Source: an uncultured Acidobacteriota bacterium (GTDB lineage Bacteria > Acidobacteriota > UBA6911 > RPQK01 > JAPXNP01). Taken from it: 12,573 nt of DNA. Position numbers and translations under genes: made by a program. Of the stretch, positions 1 through 7,706 are shown piece by piece. Each line of letters begins with the position of its first letter. Position 1 is the stretch's first letter. The notes below the pieces were generated by a model. The model was not told the origin of the DNA, ran no database searches, and saw only the letters and a program-made list of their open reading frames with translations. The DNA lies in the NCBI GenBank assembly GCA_963777605.1, contig CAVZRV010000053.1:1-12573 (forward strand), given 5' to 3'.

Positions 1-81
1 GCGCCTTCCAGAGGTGCGATAACGTTCCCTTAATGCTTCCAGTAACTCGGCTCTCGCCTCTTTGCTGATCTGACGGTCCAT
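1..81 (-). CDS. N-terminus of an IS transposase (ISNCY-like/rve integrase-core type), runs off the window's left edge
   Basis: ATG at 81 preceded by GGGAGG. Translates to MDRQISKEARAELLEALRERYRTSGRR, resembling the 'IS...R.EL..AL..RY' N-terminus I recall for this transposase group. Not in the ORF track because it is truncated. Confidence 0.65.
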   Translation of the reverse strand, partial: MDRQISKEARAELLEALRERYRTSGRR

Positions 82-121
82 CGTTGCCTCCCAATCTCGG
101 TAACATTATCTTGAGGCAACG
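82..121. mobile_element. Probable IS end with a 9-bp inverted repeat overlapping the transposase RBS
   Basis: CGTTGCCTC (82-90) and GAGGCAACG (113-121) flank TCGGTAACATT. The sequence turns AT-rich soon after 121. Confidence 0.5.
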
Positions 122-652
122 GCCCGCTTTCAACAACAAAAATTATGAGTCAATGCGGTAGGGAAATGTAGTTGACGTCGGGGAAACGAGTGTAAAATCC
201 ACATCGATGCTAGGTACAGAGAAGGCTAGAAGATACAGACAACTGCCCTGAAGTTCAAGGTTCTGGTTACTAGCATGATCAACACACACACTCGGCGAGT
301 ATACGGATTCCCGCAAGGTCTGAGGCCGAGGCTTATCTTCTCTGCTTCTCGTCTGGTTTCCCTGCAGCGCCTCAAGACGTCAACCGAAGTTGGTTGTCGC
401 CTACTCCTCTCTGAGCCATACCTGCACAACTCGTGCACCGGGCTCCCCCAAACACGTTTTACCGGTTGGTCCCGGTAAACACACTCCTGGGCTTGGATAG
501 GCGCAAGGAAGGCGGGTTGTGGAAGATGTAGTCAGATTTGTAGCTGTTCAAGGCTTCACAGACCCACAAGGAGCAACCAGCAACAACCGAGTGGCCGTAA
601 CTGCCTGAAAACAAACGCCACGCAAATGGGGTGTTTCCGGCCAATTGTGGGA

Positions 653-699
653 TCTGCTTTGCACGCAGGGGGTCGTCGGTTCGAGCCGACATACCACCA
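653..699 (+). pseudogene. tRNA-Ala(TGC) 3' fragment or degenerate tRNA, likely an att remnant
   Basis: Anticodon arm TCTGC-TTTGCAC-GCAGG, variable GGGTC, T-arm GTCGG-TTCGAG-CCGAC, ending ACCA. The T-loop is 1 nt short and the acceptor 3' strand 2 nt short. No canonical D-arm upstream. Confidence 0.75.
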
Positions 700-926
700 C
701 GAGAATTCCCCGTGGGTTCCGAGCCATCTCTCCGGACATCCGCGATACCTCGCTGCAGTCGATAGTGAGAGTGGTCAATACCGCATACTCTGCGATGCGG
801 CAATTGGTATGAGGGACTTCCAGGCTTGTGGCCCCGACCGGTCGTGTGCAACCCACCCGGAGACCGCGCTTGGGATTTCAGCCGAACTGGGCTTGAATGA
901 TCTGAAAGGCCAAAACTCGTTTTGGG

Positions 927-1652
927 TTAGGTGGCATCTGCGTCGGGGGTCAAGGCCACCGAACATGCGATGGAGTTGATGACGATCAGGAGGCAGAGGG
1001 CCAAGAGGGAGAGCCAAATTGTCTGTGCGGCAATCATGACGCCTTCGACCAAGACGGCAAAGCCGATCGCCTTTGCGGTGTTCAACAAGATGCGTTGACC
1101 CCATTGGATGACCGTGAGGCTGGAGAAGAGGGTGCCGCCAGCGATAAGGGGCCAGTCCCATGGTTGTATTGCCTCGAGGTGGGTTAGGCACCACACCGCC
1201 AAGGGCACGAATCCTCCGAACGGAAGGGCGACGAGAAACGCGAGTGGATGGCCGGTGAAGGCGGTCCGCAGTTGAGCCAATACCGACGAACCGGAATAGT
1301 CCCGGCCGGACGGTCTTGATCGAGATTGTCGGTAGCGTCCTTCGAGGAAGGGAAGCGCCGGTACGGTTGACTGGGAGGGGCTCTCTCTTTGCTGAGTTTC
1401 CGGTGACGTAGCCGAGTCGCCCTGCTTCCGAGTCGATCTTCTCCGACTTCCGGAAACGCTCCGTCTAAGGTGAAGTCGACCATCTTGCCCCCGGGTATGG
1501 ATGACGACTGGGATCTCCTCGGTGCGCTCCAGTTCCTGGCGAACCGTGCGGACGGTCCGTTCGGTTATGCCCAAATTGGACGCCAGAGAACGGTTGCTCA
1601 GTTGCGGATCGTTTCGGAGTCGGTCCTGGATGAGTTCTCTTGCGACTGCCAT
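927..1652 (-). CDS. N-terminal HTH DNA-binding domain fused to a multi-pass membrane domain (hypothetical)
   Basis: RBS GAGG before the ATG. HTH-like SNRSLASNLGITERTVRTVRQEL...G.DG, then an S/R-rich linker and 3-4 hydrophobic segments. Confidence 0.7.
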   Translation of the reverse strand: MAVARELIQDRLRNDPQLSNRSLASNLGITERTVRTVRQELERTEEIPVVIHTRGQDGRLHLRRSVSGSRRRSTRKQGDSATSPETQQRESPSQSTVPALPFLEGRYRQSRSRPSGRDYSGSSVLAQLRTAFTGHPLAFLVALPFGGFVPLAVWCLTHLEAIQPWDWPLIAGGTLFSSLTVIQWGQRILLNTAKAIGFAVLVEGVMIAAQTIWLSLLALCLLIVINSIACSVALTPDADAT

Positions 1653-1759
1653 GTATACCTCGTCTCTTGGGCTGTGGTCGATCCCCTGGACGGGTTGTCA
1701 GAAGCCGACGACACAGGATCGCGAGTTGAACATGATCGTGCCCCTCACCCGCCGAGGCC

Positions 1760-1822
1760 GTGTGTGACTTTGTGTGTGAAAATGCCTCCAAAATCGGCAA
1801 AAACAGGGAAAATCGACCAAAA
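1760..1822 (+). promoter_or_regulatory. Arm-type site pair and phased A-tracts of a different, upstream integrated element
   Basis: GTGTGTGA at 1760-1767 and 1772-1779 (12-bp spacing). A4-5 tracts start at 1779, 1790, 1799, 1809 and 1819 (~10-bp phase). Geometry is similar to the GGGGTAAC pair before the right att. Confidence 0.5.
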
Positions 1823-1896
1823 TTGATAATTTCACAACTTGCTTATTTCTAGTAACTTACGAAAATTGAGGAGGTTGTGAAGATCGGCTGTTCCCC

Positions 1897-1942
1897 ACTT
1901 TTAATCAGAGGGCCGTTGGTTCGAATCCAACACGACCCACCA
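1897..1942 (+). repeat. Left att site: 3' half of tRNA-Lys(TTT)
   Basis: ACTTTTAATCAGAGGGCCGTTGGTTCGAATCCAACACGACCCACCA comprises the anticodon loop CTTTTAA, T-arm GTTGG-TTCGAAT-CCAAC and CCA end. Identical to 10769-10814. No 5' tRNA half upstream. Confidence 0.95.
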
Positions 1943-1946
1943 ATCA

Positions 1947-1959
1947 AATCAACGGTTTA
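1947..1959 (+). promoter_or_regulatory. IHF-consensus site in the att arm
   Basis: AATCAACGGTTTA matches WATCAANNNNTTR exactly and lies between the core and the arm-type sites. Confidence 0.6.
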
Positions 1960-1999
1960 CAGACGGAAATTCCGATCGTGAGATAAGAAAGACGGCCTT

Positions 2000-2019
2000 G
2001 GGGTAACGCAGGGGGTAAC
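2000..2019 (+). repeat. Integrase arm-type binding sites (left arm)
   Basis: GGGGTAAC at 2000-2007 and 2012-2019. The same octamer is paired at 10617-10635. Confidence 0.8.
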
Positions 2020-2036
2020 TAAATTGGAGATGCTGC

Positions 2037-2919
2037 GTGGGAGCGAAGGCAAAGCAACACATCATTCCGGCCTGTTATCTCAGGCCTTGGTGTGATCCTG
2101 GAACCCCTATCGGATACGAGCCCTATATTTGGCTGATATCGCGTGACGGAACGCAGAAATCCAGACGGGCGCCGTCGAACAGTTTCACGGAAAACAACTT
2201 CTACACAGTCCGGCTTCAGGACGGCGAGCGCAACTCTCTCGATCGAGGATAGTCTCGGCGCGATCGAAGATGGGTATGCTCGAGCGATTGACAGGAAAGT
2301 CGTTCTGAGGGAGCACCTCTCCGACATGGATCGTGCTTATCTATGCAGTTTCGTGGCTGCAATGTCGGCGAGAACGAAGCGTCAGGAAAACAATCTTGGC
2401 GGGTTCATTAAGCAAATCAGGAGGCTTGTTGAAAGTAACGAAAGACAATTCGGTGTTGTGTCTGCCATTGGTGAAGTACTTGAGGGGCCTTCATAGTGCT
2501 GAGCATGAATTTCTCTTGGCGACGGTTATGGAGATCCAGCCTCCCATTTTGTTTGGAATGGATTTGGCGGTTCTTGTCTGCAATGATCCGTTGGGATTCA
2601 TTACGTCAGACGAGCCTTGTGTATGGTTTAACCCCGAACTGTACAGCCTGACCCATTCTACCGGAGCCCCGGTCTTGGTCAGCGTGCCATAGAAGTCACT
2701 TTACCCGTCACTCCAACGATGATGCTTCTTTTCAACCGGAAGGGACTTCGTGGCTACAAGGTCATTCGATCTGATGTCGTGGATGAATTGAACCGGCGGA
2801 CGCGCGCTCATTGCTTGGATCGCTTTGTCAGTTGGAAGGGCGAAACGAAATCGGTCTGGTTTCAAATGGGGGTTCCTTCAGCCGACGCATGGGAAAACCG
2901 ACGCCCCGATCAGAAGTGA
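2037..2919 (+). CDS. DUF4238-domain protein, split by ~3 apparent frameshifts (near 2233, 2465, 2650)
   Basis: Joining frames gives QHIIPACYLRPW...FTENNFY...IEDSLGAIE...FITSDEPC...EVTLPVTPTMMLLF...VDELNRRT, the characteristic DUF4238 motifs. RBS GGAG precedes GTG 2037. Confidence 0.8.
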
Positions 2920-3234
2920 CGTAATTGGAGCGGATTCGGCCCGTCCAACCCATCAATGAGGAGAGAGCTGTCGACTCGGCGCGCCCAAGAACACGGAAGG
3001 TTACCTCCTTCTCGCGGCCCTCATGCGGTCCCGAGCCTGCTCTCAGGGCTCAGGTCATCGTGGCCACCTCAGCGACCCGTAGAGCCTCTAATATTCCCGC
3101 CATGAATTATGGAGTGCAAAATGGGGGGCGTAATCACATCACAGTCCAGAGGCGACTCCAGTTGGCAAGCTCGCGAGTCGCCCTTGCTCCATTAGGTTCA
3201 GCATTGCCTTTTTTTCGATACCGCCCTGATTGGC

Positions 3235-4053
3235 TTACCCAACTTTTTGAAGGGATCGAAACACTGCCAAGGGATGTTATTCCAAATTCATCCGTGCCAC
3301 GACCAAGAAATTCCTGGATTTGATCCGCCATAGTGGCGAACACCAGAGTTGGTTCATTCAGTGACGGGTAGTCGCAGTCTGGAGGGTCCAGGCACTGCAT
3401 CGATAAGTGCCAGAAGTGCGCCATACTCCCTGTAGAAAGGCTCCGTGCCCAAGCGCCAAAGCCGCTGACGGCATTGCGGATCCAATCAGGTCGGGATTGT
3501 CCCCCACAGTTGTGCATCCTCAAACCGGCAACGGATCTGAAGGCCCACAGGTATGATTTTGTAGAGCGCCTGAACAAAGCTCTTGATATTATCTGCTCGA
3601 CCTGCTTCCGACCTTGCTTCTTTTGTGTCCGAGTGTCCGTCTCGCCGACTAGCGCGTCAGTCGGGAAAGTCTCCATAAACTCGTGTAGGTTGGAAGCATC
3701 GAAAACCGAAATTGTCACAGGAAGAAGAACGGTACAGCCAACTTCTGCCGCTACCAGGTCTTTTCGCACCCATCCTTGTTGCTGGAGCATCACAATCGTG
3801 TCGATGATCCGTACATCATGGGGCTTAGCTCTTCTCCGCCCTGGATTCTCCAGACGAACTGGCTCCTTCATAATTGCCGGAAACAGATGTCAACGGAACC
3901 CTTAAGCGTTTTTGAGGTTGTCTTGTCTGACTCGAACGTATCCGATAGCCCGGTCAGGAGCGCACCAAAGAGTTGCGCTGAAAGTGACGCAATTCTTAAT
4001 TCGTCGACGTATAGGAAGTCATACAATTTCGCCGGAGGTTCGTCTTGAGCCAC
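3235..4053 (-). CDS. Hypothetical prophage/island cargo protein (DUF6414-like N-terminus), several apparent frameshifts
   Basis: LYDFLYVDELRIASLSAQL N-terminus. Frame-switching gives ...PHDVRIIDTI...LALGHGAFLQGVW...IDAVP...FLGRGTDEFGITS/LAVFRSLQKVG* (TAA 3235-3237). Merges ORF-track entries 3868..4053 and 3134..3871. Confidence 0.55.
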
Positions 4054-4234
4054 GTTTCATGCGCTCCTTCAGTTCAGACTGTTCTTTCTCAATCTCTGCG
4101 GCATGTTGATTCAAACTTTCTAGAATTGCCTGCACGGCAGCCGATAGCTCTCGACCTCCATTCCGAATTGCGTCTGATGCTTCGGACGATGTCTCGAGAA
4201 TAATCCTTGTAAACTCGTCCATACTCTGCTTCAT
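4019..4234 (-). CDS. Small helical/coiled-coil hypothetical protein overlapping the start of the downstream gene
   Basis: 71 aa, AGGA RBS-like sequence upstream, amphipathic helices, 35-nt overlap with the gene starting at 4053. Confidence 0.65.
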   Translation of the reverse strand: MKQSMDEFTRIILETSSEASDAIRNGGRELSAAVQAILESLNQHAAEIEKEQSELKERMKRGSRRTSGEIV

Positions 4235-4336
4235 CGCTTGATCATCCTAACACTTCTGAGAATCCAATCAACTCGTGTCTGATGGATCGTGATCCGTGGT
4301 GAGCCGCAGAACGGCGCCCTCCCGCCCTAGTTCCTG

Positions 4337-4522
4337 CTAGACTTCTCTATGACCCTTCTCCAAGTTTCGCGGAAGCTCGCGGTAGCTTAGCATGTACTCC
4401 TCCGCCGCCTGCTGCTGCTCGGGAGAGTCCCAAGAGTCGCCCAAATAGGTCACTCCGACAAACTTGCTGTGTAACTCGTGATCGGTCCATTGCTGCTTCT
4501 GAGTCTTCTTTCTGTCACGCAT
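4337..4522 (-). CDS. Hypothetical protein, last gene of the capsid/packaging operon
   Basis: RBS AAGGAG upstream. The start overlaps the end of the terS-like gene. Confidence 0.6.
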   Translation of the reverse strand: MRDRKKTQKQQWTDHELHSKFVGVTYLGDSWDSPEQQQAAEEYMLSYRELPRNLEKGHREV

Positions 4523-4736
4523 CGTTTTCTCCTTTCGGGAACGCCAGCTCTTTGATGAGCAGGCGAAACTCCCGCATGTTGCCGGTTTCGATCTTCGCCG
4601 CCGGGTGCGCCTTTCCGTCCAGGATTAAGCCGTCGCGCTCGATCAACTTTCGGGTCGAGAGCACCCGATCAAGCGCTCGCGCAGCCAGGTCCAGGATTTC
4701 CGCCTCGTGCTCGTCCAGATCCCAGCGTTTCAGCAT
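4515..4736 (-). CDS. terS: Terminase small subunit-like protein (P27-family-like); N-terminus probably extends upstream via a frameshift
   Basis: WDLDEHEAEILDLAARALDR...IERDGL...HPAAKIE....REFRLLIKEL matches the helical 'i..dG....HPa..iE.....f.rll.eL' pattern of small terminases of HK97-like phages. It lies downstream of the capsid gene. Confidence 0.65.
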   Translation of the reverse strand: MLKRWDLDEHEAEILDLAARALDRVLSTRKLIERDGLILDGKAHPAAKIETGNMREFRLLIKELAFPKGENDA

Positions 4737-4947
4737 CTGTGCCGCCAGGATTCGGCCTCTTCATGGATTCCGAGGTCTTTCCCCGGTTTACCGGCCGTGA
4801 TGCAGCCTTCTCCCTGGGTTTGGCCCCGTTTTTAACTCGCCGGCGCTCGTTTCTGGCCTTCCAGCCGCATTGCTGGGAGCAATACCGCCTGGGCGAGCCG
4901 TGCCGCCCTGGCTGAATTTCAATTCCGCATACCTCACAGTTCATCAC
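4669..4947 (-). CDS. Zinc-finger protein (CxxC...YCSxxC), possibly the N-terminal part of the TerS-like protein
   Basis: RBS GAGGAG 7 nt before GTG 4947. Sequence CEVCG...PRRYCSQQCGWKARNERRR. Confidence 0.6.
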   Translation of the reverse strand: MMNCEVCGIEIQPGRHGSPRRYCSQQCGWKARNERRRVKNGAKPREKAASRPVNRGKTSESMKRPNPGGTDAETLGSGRARGGNPGPGCASA

Positions 4948-5133
4948 GCCAAAACTCCTCGACACGACTATCTACAAGCATCGTTGGCCACAAAACGGTT
5001 TCGTGTTCTCACCCGGGTAAGATGAAGACCACGCCCCGGGGGTGTTCCGGGAGGGGGGCCAGCCCAGTGAGTAACCGGCCCCAACTCCCTCTTGCTCCTG
5101 CACGAGTGGAAACCAGCCTCGGCAGGCGCTGCG

Positions 5134-5172
5134 TGACCATCCCGGGGGGAAAGGCATTCCCCGGGCTGGTCA
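5134..5172 (-). terminator. GC-rich stem-loop just after the capsid stop codon (stabiliser or weak terminator; no U-tract)
   Basis: TGACCA/TGGTCA (5134-5139/5167-5172) and CCCGGGG/CCCCGGG (5141-5147/5159-5165). Confidence 0.5.
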
Positions 5173-5176
5173 AGGA

Positions 5177-6358
5177 TTAGAGCGGGCTCGCGCCGCTGAA
5201 GCTTCCCGTTACGAAGCCAGACGCACTGTAAATCGCCAACCCGACGCGACTTTCGCACAAAATGGTCGCGACGTTTTCGACGAAATTGTCACCGTGCTCG
5301 AAGGAGATCATTACGCGAGTCGGCGTCCGGTCCAGGATCTCCGCACGATCCCGGCAGCCGACCAGAAACGTTCCGGCCGTAACTCCCGTGGTTCGCACAG
5401 TTTGAAGCCAGAAGTCTCCGCCGTCCCGCGTGGAGATCGGCATAAGATAACCGCCGGCGTTGTCGGCCTGGTCTTTCAGGCCGCGAATCTGCCAGAAGTC
5501 TTGAGGATTCAGCGCGATAAACGTAGGCCGTTCGTCGATTTCCTCCAACTGTGAACAGGCGTGACGCAGATAGTCGAGGCGCGTGTCGCCAGACTGGATC
5601 CTGCCCGTGTCGAACGAAGTAGCCGCAGTCACCAGCCCTTCCAAATGAACGCCGGTCCCGCTTCCCGTCAACATTTCGGCCTGTTCCTTCGCTGCTACCG
5701 CGAGGAGGAGATCTACGTCGAGAATCCGACGGAAGTAGGGGATGTCTTCCAGAGCTTGGCGCGTCACGGAGAGATACACGGCCACCGTCGCGATCGCACT
5801 CGCCACCGCTGTCCAGGTCGAGGTTGTTTCGAATTTCCCGGATCCTTCAACCTGCGGTGAGGCGGCCGCTTTGGCGGTCTGCTTCATGAAATGGAATTGC
5901 CCTGATTCGACAGGCCGACTCGGCAGGACCAGGCGTAACACGTTCCAGGGCCACGCCATCGGTCCGAGGAAACCGCCCTGCTGTGCCGGCATGATTCCGG
6001 GTGAACCGTAGCCCAGGCCGTCGCTCGTGATCGTCGAAAGTGACGAAGACGGCCTGAAGAGCTGCCCCTGCACTTCGAAGATCGACTTGCCGTGGTTCGC
6101 GAGAAGCTCGAGTCCTTCGTAATTGCTTGTGATCTGGGCGCCGATCGTGTCCCTCGCCCCGTAGCTGTCGATCGACTCGCCCGGTTCATAGCTCTTGTTC
6201 CAAGCCTCGTTGCTCACCTTCGCGGCCGCTTCAGCGGTTGATTTTGCCTGGGCCGCTTCCTCTTTTACGACGGCCAGCTCGCTTTTCATTCGCCCAAGTT
6301 CCGGTCGCGGATCATAAAAAGATTGTGTACTCATTTTTAACTCATTCTTTCCCGCCAC
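5177..6358 (-). CDS. HK97-family major capsid protein with N-terminal coiled-coil (delta-domain-like); start may be ATG 6334
   Basis: Motifs VEGSGKFE, IATVAVYLSVTRQALEDIP, MLTGSGTGVHLEGL, LNPQDFWQIRGLKD..GGYL, AGTFLVG, DNFVENVATILCESRVGLAIY..GFVTG. Confidence 0.93.
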   Translation of the reverse strand: MAGKNELKMSTQSFYDPRPELGRMKSELAVVKEEAAQAKSTAEAAAKVSNEAWNKSYEPGESIDSYGARDTIGAQITSNYEGLELLANHGKSIFEVQGQLFRPSSSLSTITSDGLGYGSPGIMPAQQGGFLGPMAWPWNVLRLVLPSRPVESGQFHFMKQTAKAAASPQVEGSGKFETTSTWTAVASAIATVAVYLSVTRQALEDIPYFRRILDVDLLLAVAAKEQAEMLTGSGTGVHLEGLVTAATSFDTGRIQSGDTRLDYLRHACSQLEEIDERPTFIALNPQDFWQIRGLKDQADNAGGYLMPISTRDGGDFWLQTVRTTGVTAGTFLVGCRDRAEILDRTPTRVMISFEHGDNFVENVATILCESRVGLAIYSASGFVTGSFSGASPL

Positions 6359-6576
6359 TTTTTGGCGAAATCGTAGCCGTTTGCTTTCGGCTTTTCAGTT
6401 TCGTTTTCTCTTTGCGGGGGTCGCTGCACGGTGCTGATAGCCTCGCTGATTTCTTCCTGGCTGAACCCTCGATCGACGAGGAAAAGTGCTTGCAGCTTTG
6501 GATTCAGTCCCGCGTATCGGCCTGCACAAAGCTCCTTGCAACTCTGCACGTTAAATGCGCTTTCGCTGGTTCTCAT
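6337..6576 (-). CDS. Hypothetical protein immediately upstream of the capsid gene
   Basis: RBS GAGGAGG before MRTSESAF (ATG ~6576). It abuts or overlaps the capsid start. Confidence 0.55.
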   Translation of the reverse strand: MRTSESAFNVQSCKELCAGRYAGLNPKLQALFLVDRGFSQEEISEAISTVQRPPQRENETEKPKANGYDFAKKWRERMS

Positions 6577-6686
6577 TCGAACCTCCTCTAGACATAGTTC
6601 TGTTACTTGGGAATTGAAGGCCGGAGGGGAGGCAAGGCCAAGAGCCAAAGCTGTCGGCGATTGCGTCTTTAATGGCGTTCCATACT

Positions 6687-6719
6687 ATTATACGAAATTT
6701 GAGTGACATCTGTTTCACT
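6687..6719 (-). promoter_or_regulatory. Candidate capsid-operon promoter with a palindromic operator or activator site
   Basis: Perfect -10 TATAAT on the minus strand (6687-6692), no consensus -35. AGTGA-N8-TCACT at 6702-6719 in an AT-rich intergenic region. Confidence 0.5.
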
Positions 6720-6740
6720 ATTTCTAATTGAGCCCTTGCA

Positions 6741-6983
6741 TCATGTCTTTGCCCCGGAAGGAGGATTCAGACCGAGTGTTTTCGCGATGAGGTGGAGAAT
6801 TTCGTCCTGATTGTTCTCCCGATTAACCTGGACGTCCGCCCGACGTTCCAGCACCGCGATCCGGCTTTCGAGTGCCATCATGGTCGCTCCGCAGGCCCGG
6901 AGGACATCGTTTTGTTTCTTGAGTGTTTCTGACATTTCGTTCATGAGTTCAATGCTTGTTTTCGATTCGTTCTTCTCGCTCAT
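6741..6983 (-). CDS. Small coiled-coil hypothetical protein
   Basis: ATGA overlap with the upstream gene, RBS GGAGG, heptad-like MMALESRIAVLERR. Confidence 0.7.
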   Translation of the reverse strand: MSEKNESKTSIELMNEMSETLKKQNDVLRACGATMMALESRIAVLERRADVQVNRENNQDEILHLIAKTLGLNPPSGAKT

Positions 6984-7426
6984 CTGTCGCTCCTCCAGTT
7001 CGTCCTCGTTGATTCTCTTCGATGCGTTGCTCGTTCGTGTCTTCTTTGCACTCTTCGTGTGATTTCTTCATCTAGCCATTCAAGTAGACTTGCCGGGTTG
7101 ATACCTTCTTCAACCGCTCGCCCGGTGATCTCCTCCAGTCGCCTTTTGAACAGCGTTCGTTGATACTGTTCCAAGTTCATCACCCATCGTCGCAGAATCC
7201 CGAGGATGGCCCCTCCGGATTCCGGGCCGAATGTTAGTATTCCGTCATCAAGTACAAGTCGATGTACTTGGCCGAATTCGAGAATGATCTCTCGTTCGAA
7301 CACAGCCAATACAGACGGGCAACCCGTCACCGACAATTCAACTTGGAGGTGGTCGGAATCGGCAAGTACTGCCTCGAGGCCGAGTCGTTCCAGGGCGTGG
7401 ATGATGTTATCCATTAATTGCTTCAT
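6980..7426 (-). CDS. Hypothetical protein
   Basis: ATGA-coupled to the PC4 gene upstream and to 6741..6983 downstream. Confidence 0.65.
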   Translation of the reverse strand: MKQLMDNIIHALERLGLEAVLADSDHLQVELSVTGCPSVLAVFEREIILEFGQVHRLVLDDGILTFGPESGGAILGILRRWVMNLEQYQRTLFKRRLEEITGRAVEEGINPASLLEWLDEEITRRVQRRHERATHRRESTRTNWRSDR

Positions 7427-7644
7427 GACTTGCCCACCTCGGTCAGCATCGCCTCCGCAACCTGTTGAGCCAGGTCAGGACTGAGGCACAAGCCCTTTTT
7501 GGTCGGCTTCCATTGGCCCTCGTCGGTTTCAAAATAGACGCGGGCATCCAGGTACTTCCGGCCCCGGTACTCGGTCAGCCCGATGCGGATCACTTCGCCG
7601 GCACCTTTTTCCAGTTCGATGCAGGTGTTTCTGTCGGCGCTCAT
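7423..7644 (-). CDS. PC4/p15 (YdbC-like) ssDNA-binding protein
   Basis: IRIGLTEYRGRKYLDARVYFETDEGQWKPTKKGLCL is the PC4 signature (e+rG..y.D.R.y.....G.w.PTkKG+.l). Confidence 0.92.
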   Translation of the reverse strand: MSADRNTCIELEKGAGEVIRIGLTEYRGRKYLDARVYFETDEGQWKPTKKGLCLSPDLAQQVAEAMLTEVGKS

Positions 7645-7706
7645 TTCAGCATCGATGGATTCTTTGAGATTGCAGTTTGCGTTTGTTCATCGCGGTTCGC
7701 CTTCAT
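7641..7706 (-). CDS. 21-aa leader ORF translationally coupled to the PC4 gene (or its frameshifted N-terminus)
   Basis: GGAGGTAGG RBS, then MKANRDEQTQTAISKNPSMLK*, whose TGA overlaps the PC4 ATG (ATGA). Confidence 0.4.
   Translation of the reverse strand: MKANRDEQTQTAISKNPSMLK

Noticed and set aside
172-198. Sigma70 promoter TTGACG...TAAAAT
   Set aside because: The spacer is only 15 bp and no convincing gene follows.
226-979. Short ORFs 226..438, 275..478, 459..851, 548..856, 626..979
   Set aside because: No recognisable motifs or good RBS, and several run through the tRNA-Ala fragment.
1860-1942. Intact tRNA-Lys gene at the left repeat
   Set aside because: No GGGTCGT acceptor 5' strand, D-arm or 5' anticodon stem upstream.
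3134-3234. C-terminal tail of ORF 3134..3871
   Set aside because: Probably read-through after a frameshift; the alternative frame ends LAVFRSLQKVG* at 3235.
2925-3323. 132-aa plus-strand ORF
   Set aside because: TTG start, no motifs, and it overlaps the minus-strand cargo gene.
4337-6576. Classification as a cf-PICI or complete prophage
   Set aside because: No portal, TerL, protease, head-tail connector, tail or lysis genes recognised between the att sites.
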